Below, one piece after another: positions 63,188 to 64,000 of a stretch of 64,000 bases of DNA. The position numbers and the translations under genes were made by a program. The stretch is taken from IMG/VR virus record IMGVR_UViG_3300025770_000870, positions 124,001-188,000 of that record. The stretch is one strand, 5' to 3'. Each line of letters begins with the position of its first letter. The stretch's first letter is position 1. Under the pieces are notes generated by a model. It was not told the DNA's origin, searched no databases, and was given only the letters and a program-made list of their open reading frames with translations.

Positions 63188-64000
63188 ATGAAGAATCTTA
63201 AACTCGAGTTGTTTAACTTCAAGAAAAATCTTTCACTTGATCAAGAAGACGTTGCACTTATTGTAGAGGGGCATATGAATGCTTGTAATGAGCATGCCGA
63301 GAAAGCAATAATTAATTCTCTTAATGAGAAATTAAGATCTTTCACGTATGATAGCGCTGTGAAGGGTCTATTGGAGAGTTTAAACGATGATATGTCAAAT
63401 CACGAACTAATATATGAATTAAAAAGTTTATATAATGTTCTTAATACCCAAAACCAAGGAGAGCTTTATAGACAACCAATTAATGTTCTTTTACAAACAA
63501 TCAATTTAGAATCTGATGAAGATAGAATGTCTAAGGTTTTGAATGAATTAGCTATTTATGACTGGGTTCCAGAAATTAAAGTATTTGTTCATAACTTAAC
63601 AAAGTCTCCGGAGAAAAGAAATAACCTATTGAGTGGTGGTTCTGGTGAGTCAGTATTCACTATTGTTGAATCTGTTGAAGATGGTCACATCGCTTTAATT
63701 AAAGATTCTTGGTTCTTACTTACAGAAAATGTTATTGAAAAAACACTTTTAGAAAACCATGTTAAAAATGAAGAAGACTTAAAAAGTCTTAGAATGATTG
63801 AATCAGCTATGAAATATGCTACTATCAGTGAAGATAGAGTTAATTTCAGAATATCTGAATATCTAACAATTGGTCTTTCTGTTAGTAAAAAAGGTGGTAT
63901 CTTTATTAATGAAGATGAATTAAATGAAGAAACTACATTAGAAAGTCTTTTCTCATCTCCAATTGTTCCTATTGTTAACAAAAACTTTTACCCTATTTTA
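63188..64000 (+). CDS. Partial large hypothetical protein running off the window end (MKNLKLELFNFKK...)
   Basis: ATG at 63188, open for 271 codons to the window end; TTAATATATA at 63144-63153; not in the ORF track. Confidence 0.8.
   Translation, partial: MKNLKLELFNFKKNLSLDQEDVALIVEGHMNACNEHAEKAIINSLNEKLRSFTYDSAVKGLLESLNDDMSNHELIYELKSLYNVLNTQNQGELYRQPINVLLQTINLESDEDRMSKVLNELAIYDWVPEIKVFVHNLTKSPEKRNNLLSGGSGESVFTIVESVEDGHIALIKDSWFLLTENVIEKTLLENHVKNEEDLKSLRMIESAMKYATISEDRVNFRISEYLTIGLSVSKKGGIFINEDELNEETTLESLFSSPIVPIVNKNFYPIL

Noticed and set aside
1344-63981. Numerous short antisense ORFs in the track (for example 1344, 4322, 5502, 20306, 29775, 34367, 44327, 49118, 61268, 63685)
   Set aside because: They lie fully inside well-supported genes on the opposite strand and have no motifs or promoter signals.
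1-64000. CRISPR arrays, tRNA or rRNA genes, DGR or retron elements, integrase or transposase
   Set aside because: By eye I found no spaced direct repeats, cloverleaf or rRNA signatures, reverse transcriptase motifs or recombinase motifs. tRNAscan and Infernal were not run.

Overview
This window is a 64 kb, very AT-rich, gene-dense segment of a T4-like (myovirus-type) jumbo or mega-phage read in the standard genetic code. It encodes replication and recombination genes: UvsW helicase, primase, the C-terminal half of a split family-B polymerase, a gp45-like clamp, gp44 clamp loader, UvsY-like protein and gp47-like nuclease. Morphogenesis genes include the large terminase, tail sheath, tail tube, gp15-, gp25-, gp26- and gp51-like proteins, a tail lysozyme and a fibre cluster. 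Host-like accessory genes include ClpP, ClpS, a TonB-dependent receptor with PnuC and NadR, a radical SAM enzyme, methyltransferases and a nucleotidyltransferase. A Bacteroidota host is inferred from the TBDR family, the ClpS type, DUF6576-like motifs and a TTTG-N20-TAnnTTTG promoter. The main observation is that polymerase motif B (Q-x-A-x-K-x3-N-x2-Y-G) is interrupted by a 40-nt out-of-frame insert. The insert has a stop codon right after a Leu codon, two strong RNA hairpins and a synonymous Leu landing codon, and a decayed HNH-type homing endonuclease lies upstream. This is the architecture of T4 gene 60 ribosomal bypassing, here in an essential polymerase. Other highlights are about 18 unrelated proteins sharing a T4 capsid-targeting-like N-terminal tag, usually behind a TTAATATATA promoter-like motif; a second recurring peptide tag, R(D/E)xKIDxI; and a full outer-membrane-to-NAD vitamin import and salvage operon. 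All functional calls come from motif recognition by eye; no database searches were run.
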